Virus record (IMG/VR): IMGVR_UViG_3300027749_000066 | Location: 33,487-97,486 of that record | Length of the DNA: 64,000 nt | Source: a virus | Direction: 5' to 3' (one strand) | Part shown: one piece after another, positions 31,327 through 41,289 of the stretch | How the letters are laid out: the number at the start of each line of letters is the position of its first letter | Numbering within the stretch: position 1 is the stretch's first letter | Made by a program: the position numbers and the translations under genes | The notes under the pieces: model-generated | What the model was told of the DNA's origin: nothing | The model's database searches: none | What the model saw: the letters and a program-made list of their open reading frames with translations, nothing else

Positions 31327-31710
31327 ATGATTACAGCACAACAGGTAGTTGAGATTATGATGGATTTGCCTGATGATAAGGTTAATCCTATGGAGTATTC
31401 GACTTGTGTATATACTAACCCTTATGATGAGAATCATCATTGTATTGCGGGGGAGGTTATTAGTAGATTAGGTTATCGTCTTCCAGATGTTGATGATCGT
31501 CTAAATGAAGATTCTATTATCGCTTTGCTTGATAATCCTAGGTATACTCTTTCAAAAGATGATTTTGAACCTCTTGCTATTGAGATTCTTTGGGCTGCAC
31601 AAGTTACTGCTGATAATAGTGATGGTGATACTGGTGAGCAGAGAACTTGGGATGAAGCTAAGGATTCGGCTTTCAAGACTTATATTGACGGGATGAAGCA
31701 AGATGACTAA
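31327..31710 (+). CDS. hypothetical protein
   Basis: CVY...CIAG...AQ..AD...TW pattern. Confidence 0.65.
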   Translation: MITAQQVVEIMMDLPDDKVNPMEYSTCVYTNPYDENHHCIAGEVISRLGYRLPDVDDRLNEDSIIALLDNPRYTLSKDDFEPLAIEILWAAQVTADNSDGDTGEQRTWDEAKDSAFKTYIDGMKQDD

Positions 31711-31903
31711 GACTTATATTGTTCAGATTATTAGAAGTGATTCTTGCACTCTTTATATTGATTTTCCTGAAGGTGAGGAGCATTCTCGGGAAAAAGCTAT
31801 TGAAGAGGCTACAGACTTAAGTAATGCGGGTTTAATTAAGGATGATGAATGGGAACCAATTAAAGGTTATGAATACTATATTCTTGACTCATACGATGAT
31901 TAG
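31703..31903 (+). CDS. small acidic protein
   Basis: Coupled. Confidence 0.55.
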   Translation: MTKTYIVQIIRSDSCTLYIDFPEGEEHSREKAIEEATDLSNAGLIKDDEWEPIKGYEYYILDSYDD

Positions 31904-32117
31904 TACCATTTATAGCAAAAATTGCGGGGAATGGGCGTTAAACATCTTTCTCTCAGATATATCAAATAACATAAGTCATGATATAAGAGATATAACGTGA
32001 CATACCCCGTGGTTCTATCTAAATGATACCCCGTGGTTTACATTGTTTTACTATAGATTCAAGTTCAACGTTAACATCAATTGTTTTCTATTACCTTAGG
32101 AGTATAAGTGAAACCAT

Positions 32118-32339
32118 ATGGGTAACCAAATTTCGTCTAATAAGGAAATCATGAAGATTGTTAGAAAAGCTAGGAAGGAAGGGTGGTTGGTAGTTAAAAC
32201 CAAGAATAATCATATTCAGTTCTATCCCCCCAATAATGAAGAAGATATTATAGTTCTTCCTTCAACACCAGCTTTTTCTTCATCTAGAGCATTTAAGAAT
32301 AACATTATGAAACTCCGAGCAAAAGGATTAGACGTATGA
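32118..32339 (+). CDS. HicA-like protein
   Basis: ARKEGWLVVKTKNNHIQF..P...V.PSTP. Confidence 0.65.
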   Translation: MGNQISSNKEIMKIVRKARKEGWLVVKTKNNHIQFYPPNNEEDIIVLPSTPAFSSSRAFKNNIMKLRAKGLDV

Positions 32340-32605
32340 ACAAATACTACTATTATCATCTTATATATCAAGATGGTATAGAGTTAGAAGTAATTGTTGA
32401 AGAAACTAGCTGGGAAATCACTATTCATTCCCCCCACTTTACAGATACTGTTTATCATGTTCTTCATCGAAGAGATGAAGTTGCTAATAAGTGGGAGAAA
32501 GTGGATTGGGAGTTTATTGTTATTAATGATGAATGTATCTCCAAGAAGATATTGTTGGGATATAAACATTTCAGTGAGTTTCCCCCAGGTTATTATGAGT
32601 TGTAA
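32336..32605 (+). CDS. hypothetical protein
   Basis: ATGA coupling. Confidence 0.5.
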   Translation: MNKYYYYHLIYQDGIELEVIVEETSWEITIHSPHFTDTVYHVLHRRDEVANKWEKVDWEFIVINDECISKKILLGYKHFSEFPPGYYEL

Positions 32606-32606
32606 T

Positions 32607-32622
32607 TGTTTCATGTGAAACA
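32607..32622. promoter_or_regulatory. parS site
   Basis: TGTTTCATGTGAAACA, 1 mismatch to consensus TGTTTCACGTGAAACA, intergenic. Confidence 0.75.
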
Positions 32623-32649
32623 GTAAAACTTAATATTTGTAGTATTTTT

Positions 32650-32679
32650 AAAGGGAAGCCTTCGGGCTTCCCTTTTTTT
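32650..32679 (+). terminator. terminator ending rightward arm
   Basis: GGGAAGCC-TTCG-GGCTTCCC-T7. Confidence 0.9.
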
Positions 32680-32743
32680 GTCTCTCGAAAGAGTTTAGAG
32701 TTAGCGAAAGCGCTATGTTTTTTCAATTGTAAAGCTAAACAAA

Positions 32744-32759
32744 TAGAACATTTGTTCGA
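32744..32759. promoter_or_regulatory. LexA SOS box-like
   Basis: TAGAACATTTGTTCGA vs TCGAAC-N4-GTTCGA. Confidence 0.5.
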
Positions 32760-33086
32760 ATAAATGAATGAGAACTATACCCTCGAGCTAATAAAACAAC
32801 ACATTTTGCAAGAAAATGGGGCAGATATATAGGAACACAATTTGAAGCCCTTAGAAACGAAATTAGAGGGCAATGAAAGGACGCTAGAGTAGTGGTCCAC
32901 CCATACCCGCATGAAATGGAATACATTTTAGAAAAGGGTTAACGATATTTGTTTTGAAATACAATTTTGTAATAAACATTAGCATAAAGTAAAGCTATAG
33001 GTTGCGGGCGTGCTATCACACAGTAAGCGATAGCGGCACGCCCGCAGTTTAGCTTTACATTAATCTAAACATTTGAGCGAATAGAT

Positions 33087-33116
33087 AAAAAAAGGGAGGC
33101 CCGAAGGCCTCCCTTT
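33087..33116 (-). terminator. terminator ending leftward unit
   Basis: A7-GGGAGGCC-CGAA-GGCCTCCC. Confidence 0.88.
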
Positions 33117-33134
33117 ATCTCATCCCCATGAGAA

Positions 33135-33692
33135 CTATTCAATATGCATCAAACCTTTGAGAACTACTTGTGCTTCCCCCATCAAAGAATCATGCAACTG
33201 ATAAAGCTTCTCATGATATTCAGAAGAATCATATTCATATTCCTCTGACCATACAGGCCAATCTTCATTCTTTGAATCTTTCTGGAAAAGAATATGGCCA
33301 TTATGATAAATAGCTACACCTGCAAAACACATACCATCTTCTTGCCAGTAATGAAGAAAGAAGAGGGTAGGATAAATCTTTGAGATTTTCTGGTAACCCA
33401 GAATCGGTGGTCCCCACGGTGACTCAAAAGTAAATGTCGAAGAATAATCGTCAATACTTTCGATAGTGAAATCACTTTCAGGCCACTTAGTACCCCAGTT
33501 ATCATAACACCATCCATATCCACCATCATTGAAGCCTTCCATTGTCTTATGATAATCAGACATTGGAACGTAAATCTGAAGGGGAGTTGGTTCTGGTTTA
33601 TCCAAGTCTATTGGAGAAAAGAAATCTTTCCTCGAATAGCCTTCTTCATCTCCACCAAGAACTTCTAAATGATTGTAGCACCAGTTAGGCAT
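33135..33692 (-). CDS. DUF1281/YubB ferredoxin-like protein
   Basis: MPNWCYN...WCYDNWGTKW...FESPWGPP. Confidence 0.8.
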   Translation of the reverse strand: MPNWCYNHLEVLGGDEEGYSRKDFFSPIDLDKPEPTPLQIYVPMSDYHKTMEGFNDGGYGWCYDNWGTKWPESDFTIESIDDYSSTFTFESPWGPPILGYQKISKIYPTLFFLHYWQEDGMCFAGVAIYHNGHILFQKDSKNEDWPVWSEEYEYDSSEYHEKLYQLHDSLMGEAQVVLKGLMHIE

Positions 33693-33737
33693 TATCATGC
33701 ACCTTTCTCATCAAACAAAACGGGAGGGAAACAGTTA

Positions 33738-33956
33738 TCACAACTTCTCCTCCAAATCGATTAGAGTAGGAGCATCGACATTCCAATGCTCATCGAACTG
33801 AACGAACTTATTCCTCAGAATAAACAAACATTCTGTCTGAACTGTTTCCTCCAACTCCCGACGCTTAGAGGCAGGAATAGTGAGGAGGAGTTGACGAAAG
33901 TCATTCTCCAACCTTTCTCTTGCTGCAACTGACAACTTTGCGTATTCCTTACTCAT
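33738..33956 (-). CDS. hypothetical protein
   Basis: Coupled leftward ORF. Confidence 0.6.
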   Translation of the reverse strand: MSKEYAKLSVAARERLENDFRQLLLTIPASKRRELEETVQTECLFILRNKFVQFDEHWNVDAPTLIDLEEKL

Positions 33957-34156
33957 TTCATTTCTCCCATGATTAGTGCGTTGTTGTTGTCGATACGGTT
34001 TTGATCCATGATCATCTGAATCTTTTCACGATTCCTATTGTAAGAATCGTCCTCAGCTTTCATACAGAAAGCTGAGTAAACAAATGCGATAAGAATCAAC
34101 ACAATAACTGCGATGATTCCCTTCACAGTTTCTGTTGCTACCTTTGTTCTGAACAT
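33953..34156 (-). CDS. small membrane protein
   Basis: One TM helix, RBS AAAGGA. Confidence 0.65.
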   Translation of the reverse strand: MFRTKVATETVKGIIAVIVLILIAFVYSAFCMKAEDDSYNRNREKIQMIMDQNRIDNNNALIMGEMK

Positions 34157-34441
34157 AAATCGTTCCTTTTCTTGGGGATGGGACTTGCTGACAGATGTAC
34201 CCTATCATGTTTGACTGGTTGCGACAAATCCAAATCTCTGATGTCTCAAATAGATTTTGTGTCCAAAGAGTTTGTGAAAGCTTTTAGCATTAGATTTTCA
34301 CTAAAGTTTACCTTTATGTTTATTCCAACATTTGCGGGCGTTCTCATCGGCTTTTGCTTCTTGATGAGAACGCCCGCCGCTCGGGAACGCCAAGAAGCCC
34401 CACGGCATCGCCGTGGGGCTTCCTGAGGGGCTTGGGGGCCG

Positions 34442-34723
34442 TTAGCGCTTGCGCTTGGCCTTGCGAACCTCGATCTGCGGAATGCCGTTGGCATCGTAGG
34501 AGATCGACGGCTCATCGGCGCGTGCTGCTCGCCAATGCTTGCGGATCATGGCCGAGACTGCGGGCCGGTCCTCGCTTGCCACCTCACCAATGGTAGATGA
34601 CAGGCGCACGCCTTGCTTGTCCGTCACCTTTGCGAGAGTGGCGAGAAGGTCGGCGTTCCACTCGGTCTTCCGCCCTCGGGGGGACTTGACAAACTCCGAG
34701 GGGGAGATGAACTCATCAGACAT
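34442..34723 (-). CDS. 93-aa basic protein, paralog 1
   Basis: Clearly similar end to end to 35047 and 35701; PRGRK; RBS AGGAG. Confidence 0.85.
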   Translation of the reverse strand: MSDEFISPSEFVKSPRGRKTEWNADLLATLAKVTDKQGVRLSSTIGEVASEDRPAVSAMIRKHWRAARADEPSISYDANGIPQIEVRKAKRKR

Positions 34724-35046
34724 AACTACTCCTAAGTGAATCGGCTAGGGCCAGTCCCTAATCCGATGAGGTAAGTATGCCGGAAGGGTCTAGGATCTAC
34801 AACCAACGGAGCATAAACATCAGGTAAACATCAGGTGAACAGCTTCGCGGTTTGGATTTGGGATCATAGTGTTTATGAAAACGTTTTGCTATACATTTGC
34901 ATTAAAGTTTAGCTAAATGTTTATTCCAACATTTGCGGGCGTTCCTGTGGGGTTTTTGCTTCATCCACAGGAACGCCCGCCGCTCGGGAACGCCAAGAAG
35001 CCCCACGGCATCGCCGTGGGGCTTCCTGAGTGGCTCTAGCGGGCGT

Positions 35047-35328
35047 CTAACGCTTGCGCTTGGCTTTCTTGACTTCCACCTGCGGGATGCCCTCGTTTGA
35101 GAACGAGATCGACGGCTCGTCGTTGCGATCCCGACGCCAGTGCTTCCGGATCGACGCCGACACCGCGGCGCGGTCGTCCTTGTCCACGACGCCGATGCTA
35201 TCCCGAAGGACGACGCCCTGCTTGTCGGACACCTTCGCGAGAGTCGCGATCAGTGTCTCGTTCCATTCCGTCTTTCGGCCTCGGGCCGACTTGACGAAAC
35301 TTGCGGGGGAGACGAATTCGTCTGCCAT
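35047..35328 (-). CDS. 93-aa basic protein, paralog 2
   Basis: Paralog; RBS AAGGAG. Confidence 0.85.
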   Translation of the reverse strand: MADEFVSPASFVKSARGRKTEWNETLIATLAKVSDKQGVVLRDSIGVVDKDDRAAVSASIRKHWRRDRNDEPSISFSNEGIPQVEVKKAKRKR

Positions 35329-35700
35329 GATTGTTGCTCCTTGCGCTTGGGCTAGGGCCAGTCCCTAACCACAAGACGTACCTTAGTCTATGGGGTGAGT
35401 CAGAACCTAATCGAAAGGCTCTATGGCGATGGTCATATGTCACACCGTTATGGCTTGCGTCAGCCTGGCCGATGTGCTAGGCGACTTTCGGCCCTAGCAC
35501 AGCCGAAGCTCGAGTGCAAATCGGATTCGGGCGCATACTCAACTATGCATGATTATGCAATCACCTGCGACGGGCGTTCGTCGTCTGAGGAACGAAGACA
35601 CGACGAACGCCCGCAGGCTGACTGGCAGCCTGCGGGCGTCGGTTGTGGGGGGTGCTACTGCCCTCCCCCGAGGCGGGGCGGGGGAGGGCAGACCTTGGGG

Positions 35701-35982
35701 CTAGCGCTTGCCCTTGGTCTTTCTGACTTCCACCTGCGGGATGCCGTCGGCGCTGTAACTGATCGACGGTTCGTCGGTGCGATCACGGCGCCAGTGCTTC
35801 CGGATCATGGCGGAGGTTGCGGGACGCTCGTCCTGTGCGACGGCGCCAACGCTGTCTCGGAGGACGACACCCTTGGCGGGGGTCACCTTGGCGAGCGTGG
35901 CGATGAGTGTTTCGTTCCACTCAGTCTTGCGCCCTCGGGGTGAGCGAGCGAACTCACTCGGGGAGATGAACTCATCTGACAT
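35701..35982 (-). CDS. 93-aa basic protein, paralog 3
   Basis: Paralog; RBS GAAAGG. Confidence 0.85.
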   Translation of the reverse strand: MSDEFISPSEFARSPRGRKTEWNETLIATLAKVTPAKGVVLRDSVGAVAQDERPATSAMIRKHWRRDRTDEPSISYSADGIPQVEVRKTKGKR

Positions 35983-36285
35983 GGGGACTGCCTTTCACGT
36001 TTGCGGTTGAGCCACTCCCAACCGCTGAAGGTACCGTATCATAGGTGAGTTAGGGGATGCCACTCAGAATGGGGTTAGAACCAAGATTTCTCAGTGTGAC
36101 ATCTGACCATCAGAAATGACTTGCGCTGTACCCTCGAGCTATGGTAGGGCCATTTCGGTTCCTAGCACACATTCCACCCAAGACGCAAATCAGATCACCT
36201 GCGGCGGTCGTTCCTCTACGGTAGTGCGTGTAGAGGAACGACCGCAAAGCGCAAAGCCCCAGCCTTTCGGCTGGGGCTTTTCTTG

Positions 36286-36720
36286 TCAGGGCCGCTGTCC
36301 GGTTTCCTCTTCTATTCGCTTGAGAGTTTCGGGGAAGTAGGGTCCATCTCGCAAGATTTGATTCAGTTCATCATGATATCCTCGGAGGTAGAAGCTGAAG
36401 AGGTCATGATAGAGTTCTGAGATTTCATCGTAGTCGAAACCGTAGACGATGAGATCCAACATTTGCTCGTTGGTGATTTCTCTAAGGCTGAGATACTTGC
36501 GCCAGTTGCGAGGGTAGGCGACGATGGGAATGTTCTTGTCGTCAAAAGTGACTAGCACCGGCTGATTGTGTTCTAGTTCCCAATGCGCGGTGATCATGTC
36601 TCGCACAGCTGTTCGATTGGTCCATTCCACTGGTCCTACGGTACTGACTAGGCGTGCTGATTGGTGAAAGCTCACGCCGCGTAGTGTTTCTAGTAGTTGT
36701 TGGCTGTAGTTGGTTTCCAT
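36286..36720 (-). CDS. divergent 4th paralog with C-terminal extension, leaderless
   Basis: N-half aligns with 93-aa family (LL.TL..V....RL.ST.G.V....R.AV..MI..HW); TTGACA..TAGGGT 7 nt before ATG. Confidence 0.75.
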   Translation of the reverse strand: METNYSQQLLETLRGVSFHQSARLVSTVGPVEWTNRTAVRDMITAHWELEHNQPVLVTFDDKNIPIVAYPRNWRKYLSLREITNEQMLDLIVYGFDYDEISELYHDLFSFYLRGYHDELNQILRDGPYFPETLKRIEEETGQRP

Positions 36721-36944
36721 AGGGTGAACCCTAGACGATGGATCGGTGCCGTGTCAACTCCAAATGCACACTAAATCTCACTAGAGAAGATATCTATATT
36801 TGGCGGCCGTGCATCCGAGGAACGAGGATGGCACGCACGGCCGCCTGTGGATAACTCTGTGGATAACTGTTTCTCCGACAACGCAGAAGCGCCCTCGGGA
36901 AACTCCCGAGGGCGCTTTGCCGGTACCTCACCTCCCTTGTGAGA

Positions 36945-37448
36945 TCAGTCCATGTAGCCGTTGTTGACGAACCACAGGCGAGCGCCGTACACGCTTTCGG
37001 GGACCGTGGCGTCCTCTTGGCGGTAGAGGTCTTCCAGCGTGTCGAACTGTTCGGCCAGTTCGATTCCGGCATTCTCTCGCCCTTGGCGTTCGATCAGTTC
37101 CTGTTCGTTGGAATCGAAACCACCAGCGGAAGGGTTGGACCACAGTGAAAGAATGTCTAGCGGCATGGAAGTCGATCCGCCGTGGGGGTGATGAATGGTG
37201 AAGTCGATCAGTCGCGTTGTTATCGAAGTGTGGAATGTTGTTGTGATGGTTGTGAACCCATTCCCATACGACTGGACGAACTGAATGAACTCTGTGCATG
37301 ATCCGTTGTCGTGCATCGTGATCGTGCTCACGGGTGCGTCAACCCTGTAGCCCATGCGCATCATGCGCCAGCACAGGGTTCGGGGGATTGGGGAGAGCGA
37401 CGCAATCTGCGCCACGGAAAGATTCGTCTCCATCAGAATATCGGACAT
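36945..37448 (-). CDS. hypothetical cassette protein
   Basis: RBS GGAGG; followed by hairpin 36886-36919. Confidence 0.65.
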   Translation of the reverse strand: MSDILMETNLSVAQIASLSPIPRTLCWRMMRMGYRVDAPVSTITMHDNGSCTEFIQFVQSYGNGFTTITTTFHTSITTRLIDFTIHHPHGGSTSMPLDILSLWSNPSAGGFDSNEQELIERQGRENAGIELAEQFDTLEDLYRQEDATVPESVYGARLWFVNNGYMD

Positions 37449-37687
37449 GACAACCTCCAGTCGTACCGGCACCCGTTGTGCCGATGGCAAACGATACCAT
37501 AGTTCCAACAGTGCGTGTAGTGTTTTCCCACGTATTCCAGGTATTGTTTACCTAATGTTCATGTTCGGCGGGCGCACTCTTCCGCAGGAAAAGATAGCGG
37601 GGCGCCCGCGCCGCGAAAAAGTTATCCACAGGTTTGTCCACAGGCTGGGTGCTGCTGGCCCCCGCCCGAAGGCGGGGGCCGAGTGGA

Positions 37688-38110
37688 TCATTCGTAATAG
37701 CTGTTGTCATCATCGTGATCCGGCCCGCAGTTGCCACGGATGATGCGAACGCTGAAATAGCCTTCCGGCTCTTGGGTGAGCGTGGGGAACACGCGAGGGT
37801 TGCCATCTTCGAATCGTTCGATCCATTCGAACGCCTTGTCCAGACTCGGAACCTGACGAGAGGCGACACGCTTGCGCGTGGTGAACCACCAACCACCCTC
37901 CTCGGGTCCGCCGTACTCAGAGCAGACATCGTACACTGAGATCCACCACACGCCGTCACCGGCCGAGTCGCGGTCGATCTCGCCGGATGTCGCGCAGTAG
38001 GCGCCGTGATCAGTCATCATCTGCGCGTACTCCGGCCCGCGATCGGGAGTCCAGATTTCGGCAATCTGGCCGCAGATGTTGCAAGTGGCGGGGGAAGTGA
38101 CTTCGGACAT
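37688..38110 (-). CDS. hypothetical cassette protein
   Basis: YGGPEEGGWW motif; RBS GGAGG; stop in hairpin A. Confidence 0.75.
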   Translation of the reverse strand: MSEVTSPATCNICGQIAEIWTPDRGPEYAQMMTDHGAYCATSGEIDRDSAGDGVWWISVYDVCSEYGGPEEGGWWFTTRKRVASRQVPSLDKAFEWIERFEDGNPRVFPTLTQEPEGYFSVRIIRGNCGPDHDDDNSYYE

Positions 38111-38353
38111 GGGAACCTCCGGTTCGTGCGTGACACCATGCCACGCACAAGGAATGGTAGTCGATTCAAGTTGTCAGTGCAAGTGTTTCCCATAGTGTTT
38201 CGATATGCACCAGGAATACACTCAAGAATGAATATTTATGCAACAATATTTGGCGGCCGTGCATTCTGAGGAACGAAGAATGCACGCACGGCCGCCTGTG
38301 GATAAACCTGTGGAAAACTGCTGGCCCCCGCCCGAAGGCGGGGGCCGAGTGGA

Positions 38354-38593
38354 TCAGAGATCTCGCTCAAGCGCCCAGAGGACGCCTTCGAGCCACATTT
38401 CGGCTCGAATGAGATCGTCGAACTCCTCGTAGTCTGCGGACTCGTAGCGGACTCCATCGTGCTTGAAGATGCGCACGACCCATGAGTCTGATCGCCAATT
38501 CTGATCGTGGACGATGGTTCCGAAGAACTCTCCATCGTCGGTGGATGTGCCTTGGGTGGGGGTGGGTACCCACTGTGTGGTGTATTTCTTCAC
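38354..38593 (-). CDS. hypothetical cassette protein, leaderless
   Basis: Stop in hairpin A; TTGCGC..GAGACT 6 nt before GTG. Confidence 0.7.
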   Translation of the reverse strand: MKKYTTQWVPTPTQGTSTDDGEFFGTIVHDQNWRSDSWVVRIFKHDGVRYESADYEEFDDLIRAEMWLEGVLWALERDL

Positions 38594-38792
38594 GACGAAA
38601 GTCTCCCACAGTTGGGGATTCGGCGCAAGTCAATCGGGAAGATTTGCGTGCTACCACGCACATTCTATTTCTCTGGAGAAGATATCTATATTTGGCGGCC
38701 GTGCATCCGAGGAACGAGGATGGCACGCACGGCCGCCGTCCACAGCCTGTGGAAAACTGCTGGCCCCCGCCCGAAGGCGGGGGCCGAGTGGA

Positions 38793-39176
38793 TCAGGCTA
38801 GATCGAAGAACCTGATGACATCCGAGTATGTCGGTTCGTCGATCTTGGTGGTTCGGCCATCGGTCCCCTTGATGGCAGCGTTGAGGATTTCCACTCCGGA
38901 GAATCCATCTTGTTCGGTGGCGTAGATTCCGATGTGCGCTCGCTCTACGCCACGGACCATCCACAGTGATGCAACGGTGCGAACCTCATCACTGTAGCGG
39001 ATCGAAGCTTCGGCCTCGTTACCGAAGACTGGCTTGGTGATACCGTTCGGGCCGGTCCATCCGTTGCGAAGCATCAGAGTGAAAAATCCGATGAGGTAGC
39101 GGGCGGATACCGGCTGGCTGATGTTGGTGTTGCGGGCTGGAGTGTCTACCAGCTTTTTGGTGTGGGTGGTTCCCAT
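38793..39176 (-). CDS. hypothetical cassette protein, leaderless
   Basis: TTGACA..TAAACT 7 nt before ATG; stop in hairpin A. Confidence 0.7.
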   Translation of the reverse strand: MGTTHTKKLVDTPARNTNISQPVSARYLIGFFTLMLRNGWTGPNGITKPVFGNEAEASIRYSDEVRTVASLWMVRGVERAHIGIYATEQDGFSGVEILNAAIKGTDGRTTKIDEPTYSDVIRFFDLA

Positions 39177-39390
39177 GAGGAGCAGTTTAGGGATGGCGAC
39201 AGTTGTTGTCAAGTGTTTTGCGTGCTACCACGCACATTCAAAGTTGTCTAGAAATGTTCTCTAGTTCGGCGGGCGCACTGATCCGTCGAAAAGCAAACGG
39301 AGCGCCCGCGCCGGGCAAAGGTTATCCACAGGCTGTGGATAACTCTGTGGAAAACTGCTGGCCCCCGCCCGAAGGCGGGGGCCGAGTGGG

Positions 39391-39729
39391 TCACTCTACT
39401 GTGATTCCGAAACCATCTTCGCGACGACTGTGGGTCTTGACTTCGATGAGGAGATCATCTTCGAAGTATGGAACGGGTGAGACGCATTCGTCTTCATCGC
39501 ACCATGTTCGCGTCTCATGATCGTAACAGTCATGCTCCATGCCAACAGTTGGGCGGGTGATAAAAATTGTTGCGATGAGGATTCCCCCAAGGAAGATCTC
39601 AACTCCTGCAGAGTCGTTCCACGTTACTGCGTTGAATGCTGTCACTTTCGGCATGATGCCGTTCAGCATGAGTTCGGATGGGGTTGCCGGAGTTTCCGGC
39701 TGGGATGAGGTACCGCTTGTGTTGTTCAC
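39391..39729 (-). CDS. hypothetical cassette protein, leaderless
   Basis: TACCAT 6 nt before GTG; stop in hairpin A. Confidence 0.7.
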   Translation of the reverse strand: MNNTSGTSSQPETPATPSELMLNGIMPKVTAFNAVTWNDSAGVEIFLGGILIATIFITRPTVGMEHDCYDHETRTWCDEDECVSPVPYFEDDLLIEVKTHSRREDGFGITVE

Positions 39730-40049
39730 GTTGTCATGGTACAGGAGCCAAGTGAACGCACAATGGTTTTTGGGTAAACAGAAGATGAATCTTTTTGTTC
39801 ACTTTCTGTTCATCGTTTCTTTATGTAGATGAACATTGGGTGAACTTTTTTGTTCATGTTCTGTTAGCTCAATGTTCACCATATATTCATCTTTTGTTCA
39901 TCTTCCGTTCATGTTCGGCGGGCGCATTCTCCCATCAGAAAAGACAATGGGGCGCCCGCCGCCCGGTTTTCCACAGGTTTGTCCACAGGCTGTGGATTGT
40001 TGTGGTGCCTGTGGACAACTCCGCTGGGGAGTTGTCCACAGGCTGGGGA

Positions 40050-40475
40050 TCAGACTGCCGAAATCCAGTGGCGGATGTCGATGATTGTTTCCGTGAGAGT
40101 GTCAGTCTCATCAAGGAACGATACAGTTCCGTCTGTGTAGACCCTTGCTTGTGTGCAACGGTCATCGACGCTGGAATCGTCGGTTCGGAAGACTGACATT
40201 ATCGCAACGCCGTTGTCCTCTATGACGGTCACAGAATGAATGAATCCGCCAACATTGGTGACATGTGTTGCAATGTGACGAACCGACTCACTGATGCCCA
40301 TACGAAGCAGAGCATCATAGGTGCGAACGGCGTTCATGCTAGATGCGCCGCTACAGTCAGACATATGGCCAAGAAACAGAACCCATGCGGGGACGGAGCC
40401 AAGGCGTGCGACTGCTGCCGTGGCGGGGACTGCCAGAACCTCTGGCGGGGTGAGGTACTTCTGTGTGTTGTTCAC
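40050..40475 (-). CDS. hypothetical cassette protein, leaderless (family with 40879, 43524)
   Basis: MNN...VPAWVLFLG; TAGGGT 6 nt before GTG. Confidence 0.7.
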   Translation of the reverse strand: MNNTQKYLTPPEVLAVPATAAVARLGSVPAWVLFLGHMSDCSGASSMNAVRTYDALLRMGISESVRHIATHVTNVGGFIHSVTVIEDNGVAIMSVFRTDDSSVDDRCTQARVYTDGTVSFLDETDTLTETIIDIRHWISAV

Positions 40476-40878
40476 AGAATCACCCTAGTGCCGATTGCGT
40501 CCGGATTGCAAGCCAGAAGGCCGATTTTCACCAGGTTTTTGTGGTCATATGTCACACTGTTTGGACTTGACAATGGTTGGTGAGATGAGCTAGACTCTCA
40601 AATCCCACAAGATTGGTGGGGTTTGCATTCCCCACAAAGTTGGTGGGAATGAGCTAGCACATCAAAGTGAACTTTGAATGAATGGAAGGTAAACAGAAGA
40701 TGAATTCTTTTGTTCATCATATGTTCATCTTTTGTTCATCTTCCGTTCATGTTCGGCGGGCGCATTCTCCCATTGGAAAAGAATATGGGGCGCCCGTCGT
40801 CGGGCAATGTTTTCCACAGGCTTGTCCACAGGCTGTTGGGAACTGCTGGCCCCCACCCGAAGGTGGGGGCCGAGTGGA

Positions 40879-41289
40879 TCACTCTCCGGTGATGTACTTC
40901 CGGATGATTCGGAGAGCCGAGAGGAGCGTATCGTCGTGCTCGTTCCAGTAGTCCAGCGTTCTACTCATCCAGATCCCATCGGGATGGATGGTCATCTCGG
41001 CATGGTTGTATCCGTGGCCGATGTCGATTGTCACGTTGCCACCATGCACCCATGTGGACTGAATGCGGCCACCGAGTGAATCGACAGTGTGGGCGATCTT
41101 GATGATCGAACACCCAAAGTGATTCGCGCTTGTGGGTGCGATTGTGTTCAGCGCAACGAGAGCCGTCTGGAGAGTTGTTCCAGAGAAGTTATCCACGGTG
41201 ATTTCACCGAGGAGCATGGCCCAAGTTGGGACGGTGGATGGGACTGACAGAGCCTCTGTCGGGGTGAGGTGCTGCTGTGCGTTGTTCAC
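40879..41289 (-). CDS. hypothetical cassette protein, leaderless
   Basis: MNN...VPTWAMLLG; TACCCT 6 nt before GTG; stop in hairpin A. Confidence 0.72.
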   Translation of the reverse strand: MNNAQQHLTPTEALSVPSTVPTWAMLLGEITVDNFSGTTLQTALVALNTIAPTSANHFGCSIIKIAHTVDSLGGRIQSTWVHGGNVTIDIGHGYNHAEMTIHPDGIWMSRTLDYWNEHDDTLLSALRIIRKYITGE

